A DNA stretch of 64,000 nt from Gammaproteobacteria bacterium. GTDB taxonomy: Bacteria; Pseudomonadota; Gammaproteobacteria; Eutrophobiales; Eutrophobiaceae. Under the pieces are notes generated by a model that had not been told where the DNA came from, made no database searches, and saw nothing but the letters and a program-made list of their open reading frames with translations. Each line of letters starts with the position of its first letter. Position 1 is the stretch's first letter. The stretch is taken from assembly GCA_965221695.1 (NCBI GenBank), contig OZ244905.1:2944001-3008000 (forward strand). Reading direction: 5' to 3'. Made by a program: the position numbers and the translations under genes. Below are positions 50,338 to 59,520 of this stretch, piece after piece.

Positions 50338-50838
50338 TTATTGATTAGCGGCCGGTTTTTCTTTGTCTGGGCCGTATTCCCTGATGAATTTGCGTGATAG
50401 CTTTTCCGCTTCTTCCAGTTCTTCCGCTGACAGGTTTTCCCGGGCAGCCGGCAGCGCATTGATGGACTTCTCGTGCTGGTGTTCAGCTCCTGTGCGGTAC
50501 CACGCGTAAGCATATTCGTAGTCCCTCGGCACGCCTCTGCCGCTCATGTACAGTTCTGCCAGCCGATACTGGGCCTGTTTGATGCGTTTCTGCGCCGCTT
50601 TGCGGAACCATTTGGCGGCTTCATCATAGCTCTGATCTACACCTTGCCCGCGTAAATGCATCATGGCGACATAATATTGGGCGAGAGCGTGCTCGGAAGT
50701 TTCCGCAAGAGAGCGCATGGTGTTATAGGCCTGTTCATACTCGCCTTTATTATAGGCGAAGACCCCATCAATAAATTCTGCCAGCGCCGGGCCGACCAGG
50801 GCGCTCGCCAGCATGAGTGCGATAATCTGTTTCTTCAT
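50338..50838 (-). CDS. Secreted Sel1-like repeat protein
   Basis: Signal peptide MKKQIIAL...ALA; AQY...MH..GQGV...EA.KWFRKAA and AQY.LA.LY..G.GVPRD...AYAWY. Confidence 0.85.
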   Translation of the reverse strand: MKKQIIALMLASALVGPALAEFIDGVFAYNKGEYEQAYNTMRSLAETSEHALAQYYVAMMHLRGQGVDQSYDEAAKWFRKAAQKRIKQAQYRLAELYMSGRGVPRDYEYAYAWYRTGAEHQHEKSINALPAARENLSAEELEEAEKLSRKFIREYGPDKEKPAANQ

Positions 50839-50854
50839 TAACGGTATTATACCC

Positions 50855-51763
50855 TTATTTTCCAAGTTCGGACAGCAATGCCGAGAGAGACCGAGCTGAT
50901 TGGCCGGGTGCCATAAGGTGCGCGCCGGCGACGCCATCAATGTTCTGCAGGCGCTCTATAAGTTCGATACAGATGCGCCGTCCCTCCTGTTTCGGATCGC
51001 GGCTGTCTTCCAGCCGCTGTATCAGCGAGTCGGGGAAGGCTACCCCCCAGAGATTCTCCCGCATCCACCTGGCGGAGCGAGCAGATACCACGGGTCCCAG
51101 GCCGATGAGAATACCGGCTCTATCCGTTACGCCCCATTTTCTCATGTGGCTGATATAGGCCTCGATCAAGTCTATGTCGTAACACAATTGGGTCTGTATG
51201 AAGCGCGCGCCGGCGTCAATTTTTTTCGAGATGGCCGGCGGGGTTCCATTGTTATCCGGATACCGCGGCACATCGGCCGAGCCGATGAGAAAACGAGGAG
51301 GGGGATCGATTTCCCGGCCGTTGGGTAGGATGCCCTGTTCGCTCATATCCCGTGCGAGGGCGATCAAGGCGGCGCTGTCCAGATCATGCACTGCCTTGGC
51401 TTCAGGCTGGTCGCCCTTGGCGGGGTCGTCTCCTGTCAGCAACAGCAGGTTGGAAACGCCGAATGCCGCGCAACCGACTAAATCAGCGCACAGCGCAATC
51501 CGGTTTCGATCGCGGCAGGTCAATTGCAGCACCGGCTCTATTTCTTTGGCGGCAAGCAAGGCCGCGGCGGCGACACTGGACATAGTGGTTCTGGCTGCGG
51601 CGCCGTCGGTGACATTGATGGCCTCCACCCGTCCGCTCAGCATACCGGCTTCTTCCAGCAAGCTGTCCGGCGCCGCAGCCAGTGGCGGCACCAGTTCCGC
51701 TGTGAAGCAAAATTTTCCCGCATTCAGGGACTGTTCCAAGTTGTTCAATGATCCGGCCTGCAT
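50855..51763 (-). CDS. metF: Methylenetetrahydrofolate reductase
   Basis: TAELVPP, INVTD, QLTCRDRNR.AL, LTGD, KK.DAGA.FIQTQ and G.HLM. Confidence 0.88.
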   Translation of the reverse strand: MQAGSLNNLEQSLNAGKFCFTAELVPPLAAAPDSLLEEAGMLSGRVEAINVTDGAAARTTMSSVAAAALLAAKEIEPVLQLTCRDRNRIALCADLVGCAAFGVSNLLLLTGDDPAKGDQPEAKAVHDLDSAALIALARDMSEQGILPNGREIDPPPRFLIGSADVPRYPDNNGTPPAISKKIDAGARFIQTQLCYDIDLIEAYISHMRKWGVTDRAGILIGLGPVVSARSARWMRENLWGVAFPDSLIQRLEDSRDPKQEGRRICIELIERLQNIDGVAGAHLMAPGQSARSLSALLSELGK

Positions 51764-51937
51764 ATTATGTAGTGGGGGAAATGATAGAGAAAATACCTGT
51801 CCTGAGTTCCTGTTTACATTTTTATTATATACGGTAAATTCGCGCCAGCGCGCGCTATATATCTGACGCGATTTTTTTTATTATAGCGGAATGGTACCGT
51901 GGTAGATTATACGGTAAAAGAATTTAATCAAACAAAT

Positions 51938-52255
51938 ATGGCAGATCAGGATATTCTAGATACCGCCCAGCGCTGGCTGGCTGAGGGGCGTGACCTTGCC
52001 TTGGCGACAGTAGTGGAGACTTGGGGCTCGGCGCCGGTTCCCAGCGGCAGCCAGTTATTGGTGGACGGGCAGACCAATTTTGTCGGTTCCGTCTCCGGGG
52101 GCTGCGTGGAGACGGCTGTTATCGGTGAGGCGGAACAGGTCATCAGTTCCGGGCAGCCGCGTATGCTGGAGTACGGCGTGACCAACGAGATGGCCTGGGA
52201 AGTTGGCTTGGCTTGCGGCGGGCGCATCAAGGTCTACCTGGAACCCATACGCTGA
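51938..52255 (+). CDS. XdhC/CoxI family, N-terminal domain protein
   Basis: LATVVETWGSAP, GSVSGGCVE and AWEVGLACGG. Confidence 0.88.
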   Translation: MADQDILDTAQRWLAEGRDLALATVVETWGSAPVPSGSQLLVDGQTNFVGSVSGGCVETAVIGEAEQVISSGQPRMLEYGVTNEMAWEVGLACGGRIKVYLEPIR

Positions 52256-52265
52256 GATTATCGGA

Positions 52266-52967
52266 GTGCGCAAAGAGTCGCTGGAACAGATAAACGCCTG
52301 CCGGTCGGCGCACAGGACTTGCGTGTTGTTCAGAAATCTGGTTACCCATGACAGCTTTGTGTTGGAACCCGGCCCGCATGTGGATGAACAGGACGCGGAG
52401 CTGTATGAACTTGCCATGCAGGCCCTGAGAACAGATCAGTGTATGCGGCGCAATGTCCAGGGGCAGGACTGGTTCATCCAACCCTTCAACGCGCCGCTGC
52501 GTCTGATCATTATCGGCGCGGTGCACACGGGCCAATACCTTGCAAACTACGCGCTATACTGTGGTTATGATGTAGTCGTGGTGGACCCCAGGCAGGCATT
52601 CGCCAACGAGTCCCGTTTCCCCGGCGTGACATTGAACACGGAATGGCCCGATTACGCCCTGGAACTCTTGTCCCCTGACCGGCGCACCGCCTTGGTGACC
52701 CTTACCCACGATCCTAAACTGGACGATCCGGCCCTGCAGACGGCTTTGCGTTCCCCGGCGTTCTATATTGGCGCCTTGGGTAGCAGGCGCACCCATGCCG
52801 CGCGGGTAGAGCGCTTGCGCCAGGCCGGACTTTCAGAGGCGGAAATCGCCCGCCTGAAAGCCCCGGTGGGACTGGATATCGGCTCGCGCTCCCCGGCAGA
52901 GATTGCAGTTTCCATCATGGCTGAGATCACCGCCACACTGCGCAAAGATGAATTTGCAGAAAAATGA
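52266..52967 (+). CDS. XdhC family, C-terminal Rossmann domain protein
   Basis: RLIIIGAVH, DPR.AFA, LTHDPKLDD, YIGALGS and PVGLDIG...P.EIA.SI. Start uncertain. Confidence 0.85.
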   Translation: MRKESLEQINACRSAHRTCVLFRNLVTHDSFVLEPGPHVDEQDAELYELAMQALRTDQCMRRNVQGQDWFIQPFNAPLRLIIIGAVHTGQYLANYALYCGYDVVVVDPRQAFANESRFPGVTLNTEWPDYALELLSPDRRTALVTLTHDPKLDDPALQTALRSPAFYIGALGSRRTHAARVERLRQAGLSEAEIARLKAPVGLDIGSRSPAEIAVSIMAEITATLRKDEFAEK

Positions 52968-53022
52968 TCAGCAGATTCCAGGAATCCCGCCATTAACACT
53001 GAGGAATCTCTGATTAAGTTAA

Positions 53023-53173
53023 GGAAACTCTGAACAAGTCCATCCTGGACTTGTCAGAGTACGGAAAACAAAAATGCGATTTTTGTTTTCCTCACAATAT
53101 CAATGACTTACAGTCATTGATATTGACGATACATCCTTGTATCGTAGGAACCTCTGACTTAATCAGAGGTTCC
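53023..53173. mobile_element. 151-bp MITE flanked by TTAA, copy 2
   Basis: Near-identical to 19982-20132; immediately preceded by a half-copy gaggaatctctgattaag (53001-53018). Confidence 0.9.
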
Positions 53174-53184
53174 TTAAAGCTTAC

Positions 53185-54186
53185 TTAAGGCGTTAACGTC
53201 TCCATGACTCCGCTGGCCGCGCCGCCGCCTACCAATTTGCCGCCGCCGATGACGTAAATGGTGTCGTCAACAGCAGTGGCAGCCAGGCCGTGACGCGCTG
53301 TAGGGAGGTCCGGCAGTCTTGACCAGCTATTGCTGCTGATATCGTATACCCAACTGTCGGCAAACACTTTTTGTTCTGATGTCCATTGTTCTCCACCGAA
53401 AACATAGATCTTATCGTCCAATGCCGCTGCTGCGAGACCGCCTGATGCTATCGGCATGGGGGCAAGGGTTGTCCAACTATCCGTCACTGAGTCGTAGGCT
53501 TCCAGAGTGTCCAGGTTTGTTTGAATTTGTGTTCCATCTGCGCGCACTATGTTGACACGGCCGCCGACCACGTAAATCAGGTTGTTGTAGACAGCAGCAG
53601 CGGCGCTATTGCGTGCGGTTGGCGCCGGTTTGCCATTACTCCATGAGCGTTTATCCGGGTCATAGATCAAGTGAACGTCGGTATCAACGTAATCATCAAA
53701 CAGTTTTGCATCTTGTTTGCCCGGCTTTCGTCCACCAATGATATGTATGCGATTATTCACCACGGCGTAGACATGTTCTGCAAGTGGGCCCGGCAGGGAC
53801 ACACCTTGTTTCCAATTGTTGTTTTCCAAGTCATATTCGTATACATCGTCGTGCATGAGCCAGTTGGGGTAACCGCCGGAGAAACCTCCGACGGCATATA
53901 AGGTTCCGCTCACAACTGCCGGGGTGATATGATGACGGGCTTGTGGCAATGGCGCCAGGACATGCCATGTCTTCGTTTGCGTATCATACTTCTCAAACGT
54001 CGCGGTATAAGCTATGCCATCTGCAAGGACGCCGCCTGGGACAAGAATATTGTTGCCATGCGTTGCCACATAAATCTCCTGACGCGGGGTCGGCATGGAT
54101 GGCGCTGTTTGCCAGTCTGCGCCGAACACGAATTGACTTTGTAGCAATAAAACAAGTAGGGGAATGGATTGCAGGGGTTTATTCAT
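53185..54186 (-). CDS. Secreted Kelch-repeat beta-propeller protein
   Basis: Signal peptide; six repeats of P.P..R...[YV]..GG...YD....W. Confidence 0.9.
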   Translation of the reverse strand: MNKPLQSIPLLVLLLQSQFVFGADWQTAPSMPTPRQEIYVATHGNNILVPGGVLADGIAYTATFEKYDTQTKTWHVLAPLPQARHHITPAVVSGTLYAVGGFSGGYPNWLMHDDVYEYDLENNNWKQGVSLPGPLAEHVYAVVNNRIHIIGGRKPGKQDAKLFDDYVDTDVHLIYDPDKRSWSNGKPAPTARNSAAAAVYNNLIYVVGGRVNIVRADGTQIQTNLDTLEAYDSVTDSWTTLAPMPIASGGLAAAALDDKIYVFGGEQWTSEQKVFADSWVYDISSNSWSRLPDLPTARHGLAATAVDDTIYVIGGGKLVGGGAASGVMETLTP

Positions 54187-54686
54187 TTTTGCCTACTCCG
54201 TTCGGTTGTTCGTTGTTTCTTGAAGAGCGCAGCAACGATAAATGCTGTGCTGGTGATGATCAGTAACGCGCCAGCGGCGGCGCTGCACTGAAATAATATG
54301 CCCGGGCTTAGAGTTTGCAGGTAAACGGAAGTCGGAAACAGGACGATACCTGCCACCATAGCCGATAAAACAAGGAGTTGGCTTTTTCGCTGCCAGTCAC
54401 AAGACAATAACAGGAAACCTGCCAGTAATAGCAATATAGACAGTTTGATGTAATGTGTGTGCGCATCGATGATACGCACATAACGAAAATTTTGCTGTTG
54501 CGCTTCCCGCATATGGCTTTGCGCTGCCTGTATATCGTGATCCATTGCAGCCGCAAATGCGGCCTGATACTGTTCCCGCAGCAATAGCAGGGTCTCCTGT
54601 TCTACTTTGAAAGCAAAAATGCCGCCGCTGATTGAGCTCAACAGGATAAAGCATAGCGCTATCAGGGTCAGGTTTTTTACGCTCAT
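54183..54686 (-). CDS. Hypothetical 4-TM membrane protein with AHTH motif
   Basis: ATGA-coupled to both neighbours; resembles each half of the upstream gene product. Confidence 0.75.
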   Translation of the reverse strand: MSVKNLTLIALCFILLSSISGGIFAFKVEQETLLLLREQYQAAFAAAMDHDIQAAQSHMREAQQQNFRYVRIIDAHTHYIKLSILLLLAGFLLLSCDWQRKSQLLVLSAMVAGIVLFPTSVYLQTLSPGILFQCSAAAGALLIITSTAFIVAALFKKQRTTERSRQK

Positions 54687-55726
54687 TTTGTCTGGTCTAC
54701 AAGCGCGGTCTGTCTAACGGTACCGAATAACATCGCAAACAATGCAACAATGACGATAAACCCGGCTAGATCCGCCAGGGCTGCCGATTTGAGACCATAG
54801 ATAGTGGCATTGAAGATGAAGAAAGGCAGCAGGTAGGCGCCGGCAAGGAACACACAGGCCCAGCGCATACGAGTCTTTTCGCTGTAAAAGATGAAACTTT
54901 GGATGAATGCAAGCAACAACGCGATGGTTCCCATCTCAATCGCATGTGAATGTACGGCCGTGGTAATTGCGATCAGGGAATTGTTCCGCCGGTAATCATT
55001 AACCAGTTGCTCGACACCCACGGGTTCACTGGTGAGCGCCAGCATATGATCCAGTAACTCGAACTGGCGTGGTTCGTGTTGTGTAGTAAAAACCCAAGCA
55101 TAATATAATCCGAATAGCATACCCAGCAGTACCAGTAGCGCCCCCCAGCTCGACAAGAGCCTGCTGCTGTACGGTTTGAGTAGCGCGCTGAGTTGCTCTT
55201 TAAGGTCAGGCAGTGGGTTTTCCATAGAAAAGACCGACAGCATTGTAGCCAGCAGACCAATGCAGATGCACAAGGCGCCTAGGTGAGATACGTAATTAGC
55301 CCATGTTCCGGTCCATGAGCTGATGAAGATGAATAAAGGTTGGATGATCCCGCCTGCCACTATCAATGATGCAATATATACACGTGTCCTGGCACGATAG
55401 GTCAATAAGGGTTGCAATAAAGCCAATATCAGCGCAAGCACGCCAAACGCGCCGGCATGGGAATGGGCGTTCATAATGCGGCCGCGCCGATCAAGCAGGA
55501 ACTCAATCCGTTCAAACGCGCTATTCAGCAGGCTTTCTTTACCTGCTGTCGTTGCGTTGATGACATCAAGCCAGCGTTCCCTTATTTCAGCATTGGCGAC
55601 ATGGGAGATAAAGATTGCGAACACTTCCCCCAACAGCATGTTGACCAGCAACAGGGCTATTCCAGCAAATACAAGTATGCGCGCGGCGCTGTCGCGCAAC
55701 AGCTCTGGGTGATCTTTATCCGGCAT
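54683..55726 (-). CDS. Hypothetical 8-TM membrane protein with an internal duplication (AHSH / VHSH)
   Basis: Two similar halves, each with TM1, a polar helical insert, HSH and three further TMs. Confidence 0.78.
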   Translation of the reverse strand: MPDKDHPELLRDSAARILVFAGIALLLVNMLLGEVFAIFISHVANAEIRERWLDVINATTAGKESLLNSAFERIEFLLDRRGRIMNAHSHAGAFGVLALILALLQPLLTYRARTRVYIASLIVAGGIIQPLFIFISSWTGTWANYVSHLGALCICIGLLATMLSVFSMENPLPDLKEQLSALLKPYSSRLLSSWGALLVLLGMLFGLYYAWVFTTQHEPRQFELLDHMLALTSEPVGVEQLVNDYRRNNSLIAITTAVHSHAIEMGTIALLLAFIQSFIFYSEKTRMRWACVFLAGAYLLPFFIFNATIYGLKSAALADLAGFIVIVALFAMLFGTVRQTALVDQTK

Positions 55727-55814
55727 AATATAACCGTATGGTGTGCCTGTTCGTGGACATTCCGCTATTGTAGAGGCGCCTCTTATTCCAACGCAAGCCT
55801 GAGCGCGCGCATGA

Positions 55815-57113
55815 TTATGCCGCAGTCTTGATCAAGCGGTGGGAATAGCGCAACAGCAGCAGGGCCGTGGTCAGACTGCCGGCAATGGCGGCGATGCCGG
55901 CGCTTATCAAGCCGATTTTCGGCAACAGCAGGACCAGGGTCGAGATGTGAAGAAGGGTGGTGAAGACCCTGACATACATGGATATATCAGGGCGGCCTAT
56001 GGAAAACAGGGCAGGCTCCAGGGGGAAGGAGGTCATCGTGATGGCGGCGCCCAGCATCAGCAATACCAGCAGATCATAGGCGTTGGCGTATTCCACGCCG
56101 AAGAACAGGCCCAGCAGGGATTCTCCGAACAGGAAAACCAGCGCCAGGATCAAGCCGGCAATCGCGCCGCCAGCCAGCGCTGAGCGTGTAATGACCTCCC
56201 AGAGACGGCTGAATTGTTTTATCACCGCGATTTTTGTCATTTCCGGGTATACCGTCTCAGTGAATAACTGGGCGGGTTTGATCAGGACGGCTGCGGATTC
56301 CTGGGCGATCTTAAACAGCCCGGCGCCGGCCGGGCCTGACAAGGCGCCGACGATGAGGGTGGCGATGTGCACGCTGGAGGTATGTAGGGTTCGGTTGATA
56401 TGCGATGCCCAGATAAATGCGAGGATTCCTTCATGCGGATCGATCAGACGTTTCAGGCTGAGGTTCATATCATTGCTGTAACCCCTGCGGCTGAATTCGC
56501 GCCAGGCAAACCAGATGGTTGCGAAACACTGGATGGCGCCGGCGCTGAACCAGAACAACAGGAATGCGCCGATGTGCCGATAATACAGGAAGGCGATACA
56601 TGCCCCGACCAGGCGTATCGTCGGCACCAGCATCAGCATCAGAGCTATCAGGTCGAAGCGGTCGAACAGGCGCAGCAGACCCAGGGAAGTGGTCTTGAAG
56701 TTGAACAGGATCATCAGACAGTAGAGGGTGGCCACCGGCGCCAGCTCCGGTGTTACGCCAAACCATGGCCCGACCAGAGGGATGGCCAGCATGCCTGTCA
56801 GTGCGCCCAGCACACAGAAGCCCAGGTCCAACAGCATGGTAAATTTGATCAGTTTCTGGAAATCCTGCCGCGCGTTGCTCTCCAGGCACAGGGCGCCATA
56901 CCTGACCACGCACTGCGCAGTCTTTAACGAGATAAAGTCCCGAACCGCGACGGCATAGGCGTGGATAAGGATAAGAACGCCGAAATCATGGACGCCCAGG
57001 GCGCGGGTGGCCAGAGCCAGATAGATCAGGCCAGCTATGGCCGTATAGATCTTGCCCGCGGTGAGCATGGCGGAGTTTTTGAATACCCGGCGGTACAGGC
57101 CGTCGTCCGTCAT
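55815..57113 (-). CDS. MOP-superfamily (Wzx-like) flippase
   Basis: About 12 TM; R.LG...FG, G.LRLFDRF and YPE motifs; coupled to spt. Confidence 0.82.
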   Translation of the reverse strand: MTDDGLYRRVFKNSAMLTAGKIYTAIAGLIYLALATRALGVHDFGVLILIHAYAVAVRDFISLKTAQCVVRYGALCLESNARQDFQKLIKFTMLLDLGFCVLGALTGMLAIPLVGPWFGVTPELAPVATLYCLMILFNFKTTSLGLLRLFDRFDLIALMLMLVPTIRLVGACIAFLYYRHIGAFLLFWFSAGAIQCFATIWFAWREFSRRGYSNDMNLSLKRLIDPHEGILAFIWASHINRTLHTSSVHIATLIVGALSGPAGAGLFKIAQESAAVLIKPAQLFTETVYPEMTKIAVIKQFSRLWEVITRSALAGGAIAGLILALVFLFGESLLGLFFGVEYANAYDLLVLLMLGAAITMTSFPLEPALFSIGRPDISMYVRVFTTLLHISTLVLLLPKIGLISAGIAAIAGSLTTALLLLRYSHRLIKTAA

Positions 57114-58294
57114 CAGACCGAAGTCGATAATTCGCTGAACGCCTGGCAGATTTTATCTATTTGTTGATCTGTATGGGCGGCGCTGACGCTGATGCGCACC
57201 AGTGATTTGCCGTCGGGCGTAGCCGGCGGGAAGATCAGGTTCACATAGACTCCATGGTCGTGCAGGCCGCGCCACAGCGAAAGGGCCTGTTCCCGGGTGT
57301 TCAGCAAGGCAGCGATCACCGGACAAGGCTCGGGCCCCAGTTCATAACCGGCGTTTGCCAGGCTCTGGTATAGTCGCTGCGCATGACGCCAGAGCCGGGC
57401 GCGTAAGTCGGCGCCGTTTTCCACTCGTTGCAACGCTTTGCGGGTGGATGCAATCACTGAAGGACAGGGCGAGGCGGTGAAAATATATGGCCTGCTTGCA
57501 TAACGAATGAGATCAAGCTGCGGGTGGTTGCTGACGCAGTACCCGCCGGCGCTGGCCAGGCTCTTGCTGAAGGTGCCGACGATAAAATCCGTATCGTTGA
57601 TAACGCCTGCCTCTTCCACCAGGCCCCTGCCCCTGTCCCCGAGAACGCCCAATGAATGGGCTTCGTCCACCAGCAGCAGCGCGCCGAATTCATTTTTTAC
57701 CTCGATAATTTCCTTGATACGGGCTTTGTCTCCCAGCATGCTGTAGATGCCTTCGATGATGATTAGCGCGTTTGCCGCGCGCGCGCCCAGGCGCCGCAAG
57801 CGTTTCTGCAGGTCGTCGGGATTATTGTGACGAAAGCGCACGATGTCGGCGCCGCTCAGGCGGCATCCGTCGTAGATACTGGCATGGCTGTCGGCATCTA
57901 TTACCACGGTGTCTTCGTTATTTGCCAGGCCGGATATCACCGCCAGGTTGGCCTGGTAGCCGGTAGTGAATACGATGGCCTTCTCGCATTCGTAGAACGC
58001 AGCGAATTCCCGTTCCAGGGCCCTGTGCCCGGAAAAGCTGCCGTTAGCCATTCTGGAACCGGTGGTCCCCGTGCCCTGCTCGTCCAGCGCTTCATGGGCG
58101 GCAATCAGGCATTCCTCATCGAAGGTAAGCCCCAGGTAATTATTTGTGCCGGCCAGGATCATCCTTCTGCCGTTTATGCGCGCCTCCGTCGGCGAGTAGA
58201 CTTCTTCAATGGGCGCCCCAAACGGGTCAATGCCCTGACCCAATAGGTTCTGGCGGTCCTGCGCCAGGGGCTGAAATTTGTCAAACAGGCTCAT
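57113..58294 (-). CDS. spt: Serine palmitoyltransferase (alpha-oxoamine synthase family)
   Basis: N-terminus FDKF..L...R..L...G.DPF...IE.V.SPTEA.I.G resembles Sphingomonas SPT; GTNNYLG, GSRMANG, DEAHS and GTFSKS; adjacent ACP. Confidence 0.9.
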   Translation of the reverse strand: MSLFDKFQPLAQDRQNLLGQGIDPFGAPIEEVYSPTEARINGRRMILAGTNNYLGLTFDEECLIAAHEALDEQGTGTTGSRMANGSFSGHRALEREFAAFYECEKAIVFTTGYQANLAVISGLANNEDTVVIDADSHASIYDGCRLSGADIVRFRHNNPDDLQKRLRRLGARAANALIIIEGIYSMLGDKARIKEIIEVKNEFGALLLVDEAHSLGVLGDRGRGLVEEAGVINDTDFIVGTFSKSLASAGGYCVSNHPQLDLIRYASRPYIFTASPCPSVIASTRKALQRVENGADLRARLWRHAQRLYQSLANAGYELGPEPCPVIAALLNTREQALSLWRGLHDHGVYVNLIFPPATPDGKSLVRISVSAAHTDQQIDKICQAFSELSTSV

Positions 58295-58298
58295 TGCG

Positions 58299-58553
58299 TC
58301 AGGCTTTTGTGTTGATTGCAGAGTGAATCTGCTGTGCCAGGTCTTTCACGGTATGCACATCTGCCAGCAGGTTGACCGGGAGAGAGATGTCAAATTCATC
58401 CTCCATATCCATCAACAGATCCAACGCCTTGAATGAATCCAGGCCCAACTCCGTGATCAACTCCGAATCCTCCGTCAGACTGACGTCCGAGGTAGTCAGC
58501 CGGGACAGTTCGCTGAGCGCTTTTTCCAGAATTTCCTCATAGGTTACTGTCAT
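58299..58553 (-). CDS. Acyl carrier protein
   Basis: 84 aa, acidic; LGLDS phosphopantetheine site; EDEFDI. Confidence 0.92.
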   Translation of the reverse strand: MTVTYEEILEKALSELSRLTTSDVSLTEDSELITELGLDSFKALDLLMDMEDEFDISLPVNLLADVHTVKDLAQQIHSAINTKA

Positions 58554-58567
58554 ACATTATTCTCCGG

Positions 58568-58602
58568 TCAGGAAATCTCTGAGCTAGTCAGAGTTTCCCT
58601 AA
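58568..58602. repeat. Short palindrome of the GGAA-CTCTGA family
   Basis: tcaggaaatctctgagctagtcagagtttccctaa. Confidence 0.7.
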
Positions 58603-58604
58603 GA

Positions 58605-59513
58605 TTATAACGCTGAATCAATGCCGTCGCTAAGGCTGATTTCCGGTTCCCAGCCCAGGCAAGCTGTTAACGGCGCATTATCGCATACCCAGTTTTCGTG
58701 GGTGAGCTCATTGATCTTGCCGGGTGTCAGCATGGCCGGATAGCGGAATGTTCGGGCCAGATGAAGATTAACCCGGGCCGCGCATTTCAATACAGTTGTA
58801 GAAACCTGGACCTGGATAATCCGGCGCTTCCAGGCAGCCTGCCCGATTGCGGCAATATCCGCCCAGCGGTAGCCTTCCCTGGTTCCGTCATCCAGTTCGA
58901 ACAGCCCTTGTGCTGTGTGCGCCGATAACCACATCAGAATGGCGTTTACCAGATCATCAACATGTAGCAGACTGATCCTGGCGTCCACTCTCCCTGCTCT
59001 GAACAGCAGGCCGCGTCGCATGAGGCGGAACAGGGGACGCATTTCCTTATCGCCCGGTCCGTAAATCGCAGTGGGACGGTAAATGGTCCTGAACAGGTCG
59101 GAATTAGCGTCCGACATCAGCAGTGTTTCTGCTCTCGATTTACTGAGCGCATACCAGGAATAGTCCGGGTATCTGGCGGCCACGGATGAGATCAGCAGGA
59201 ATCTGGGGGCAGGCGCAATGCGCCGCGCGGCGGCCAGCAAGTTTTCCGTACCTCCCAGGTTGACGTCCAGAAAGTCTTCCAGGCTATTCCCCCGGGTGAT
59301 GCCGGCGCAATGTATGACACTGGCGCAGCCCTTGACCAGTTCATCCAGCGCAGGCCTGTTATTCAGGTCGCCCTCGATCCAGGAGGCGTTACCCGCACGC
59401 GCGCGCCCGGGTCTTGTCAGGGCGCGAACCGAATGGTTTGATTTTTCAAGCGCGGCAAGAAGATTACTTCCCAGAAAGCCTGTGGCCCCCGTCAGCGCCA
59501 CACGCTCTGCCAT
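58605..59513 (-). CDS. NAD-dependent epimerase/reductase, probable ceramide reductase (CerR-like)
   Basis: TGATGFLG, YALSK and RPTAIYGPGDKE; lies between acyl ligase and ACP, as in alphaproteobacterial sphingolipid operons. Confidence 0.75.
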   Translation of the reverse strand: MAERVALTGATGFLGSNLLAALEKSNHSVRALTRPGRARAGNASWIEGDLNNRPALDELVKGCASVIHCAGITRGNSLEDFLDVNLGGTENLLAAARRIAPAPRFLLISSVAARYPDYSWYALSKSRAETLLMSDANSDLFRTIYRPTAIYGPGDKEMRPLFRLMRRGLLFRAGRVDARISLLHVDDLVNAILMWLSAHTAQGLFELDDGTREGYRWADIAAIGQAAWKRRIIQVQVSTTVLKCAARVNLHLARTFRYPAMLTPGKINELTHENWVCDNAPLTACLGWEPEISLSDGIDSAL

Positions 59514-59520
59514 GGCAGAG

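Noticed and set aside
51938-52967. xdhC as a frameshifted pseudogene
   Set aside because: Two-gene XdhC arrangements are common and both halves keep their motifs.
57113-58294. Call as bioF or kbl
   Set aside because: SPT-like N-terminus, GTFSKS motif and ACP/acyl-ligase/GNAT context favour serine palmitoyltransferase.
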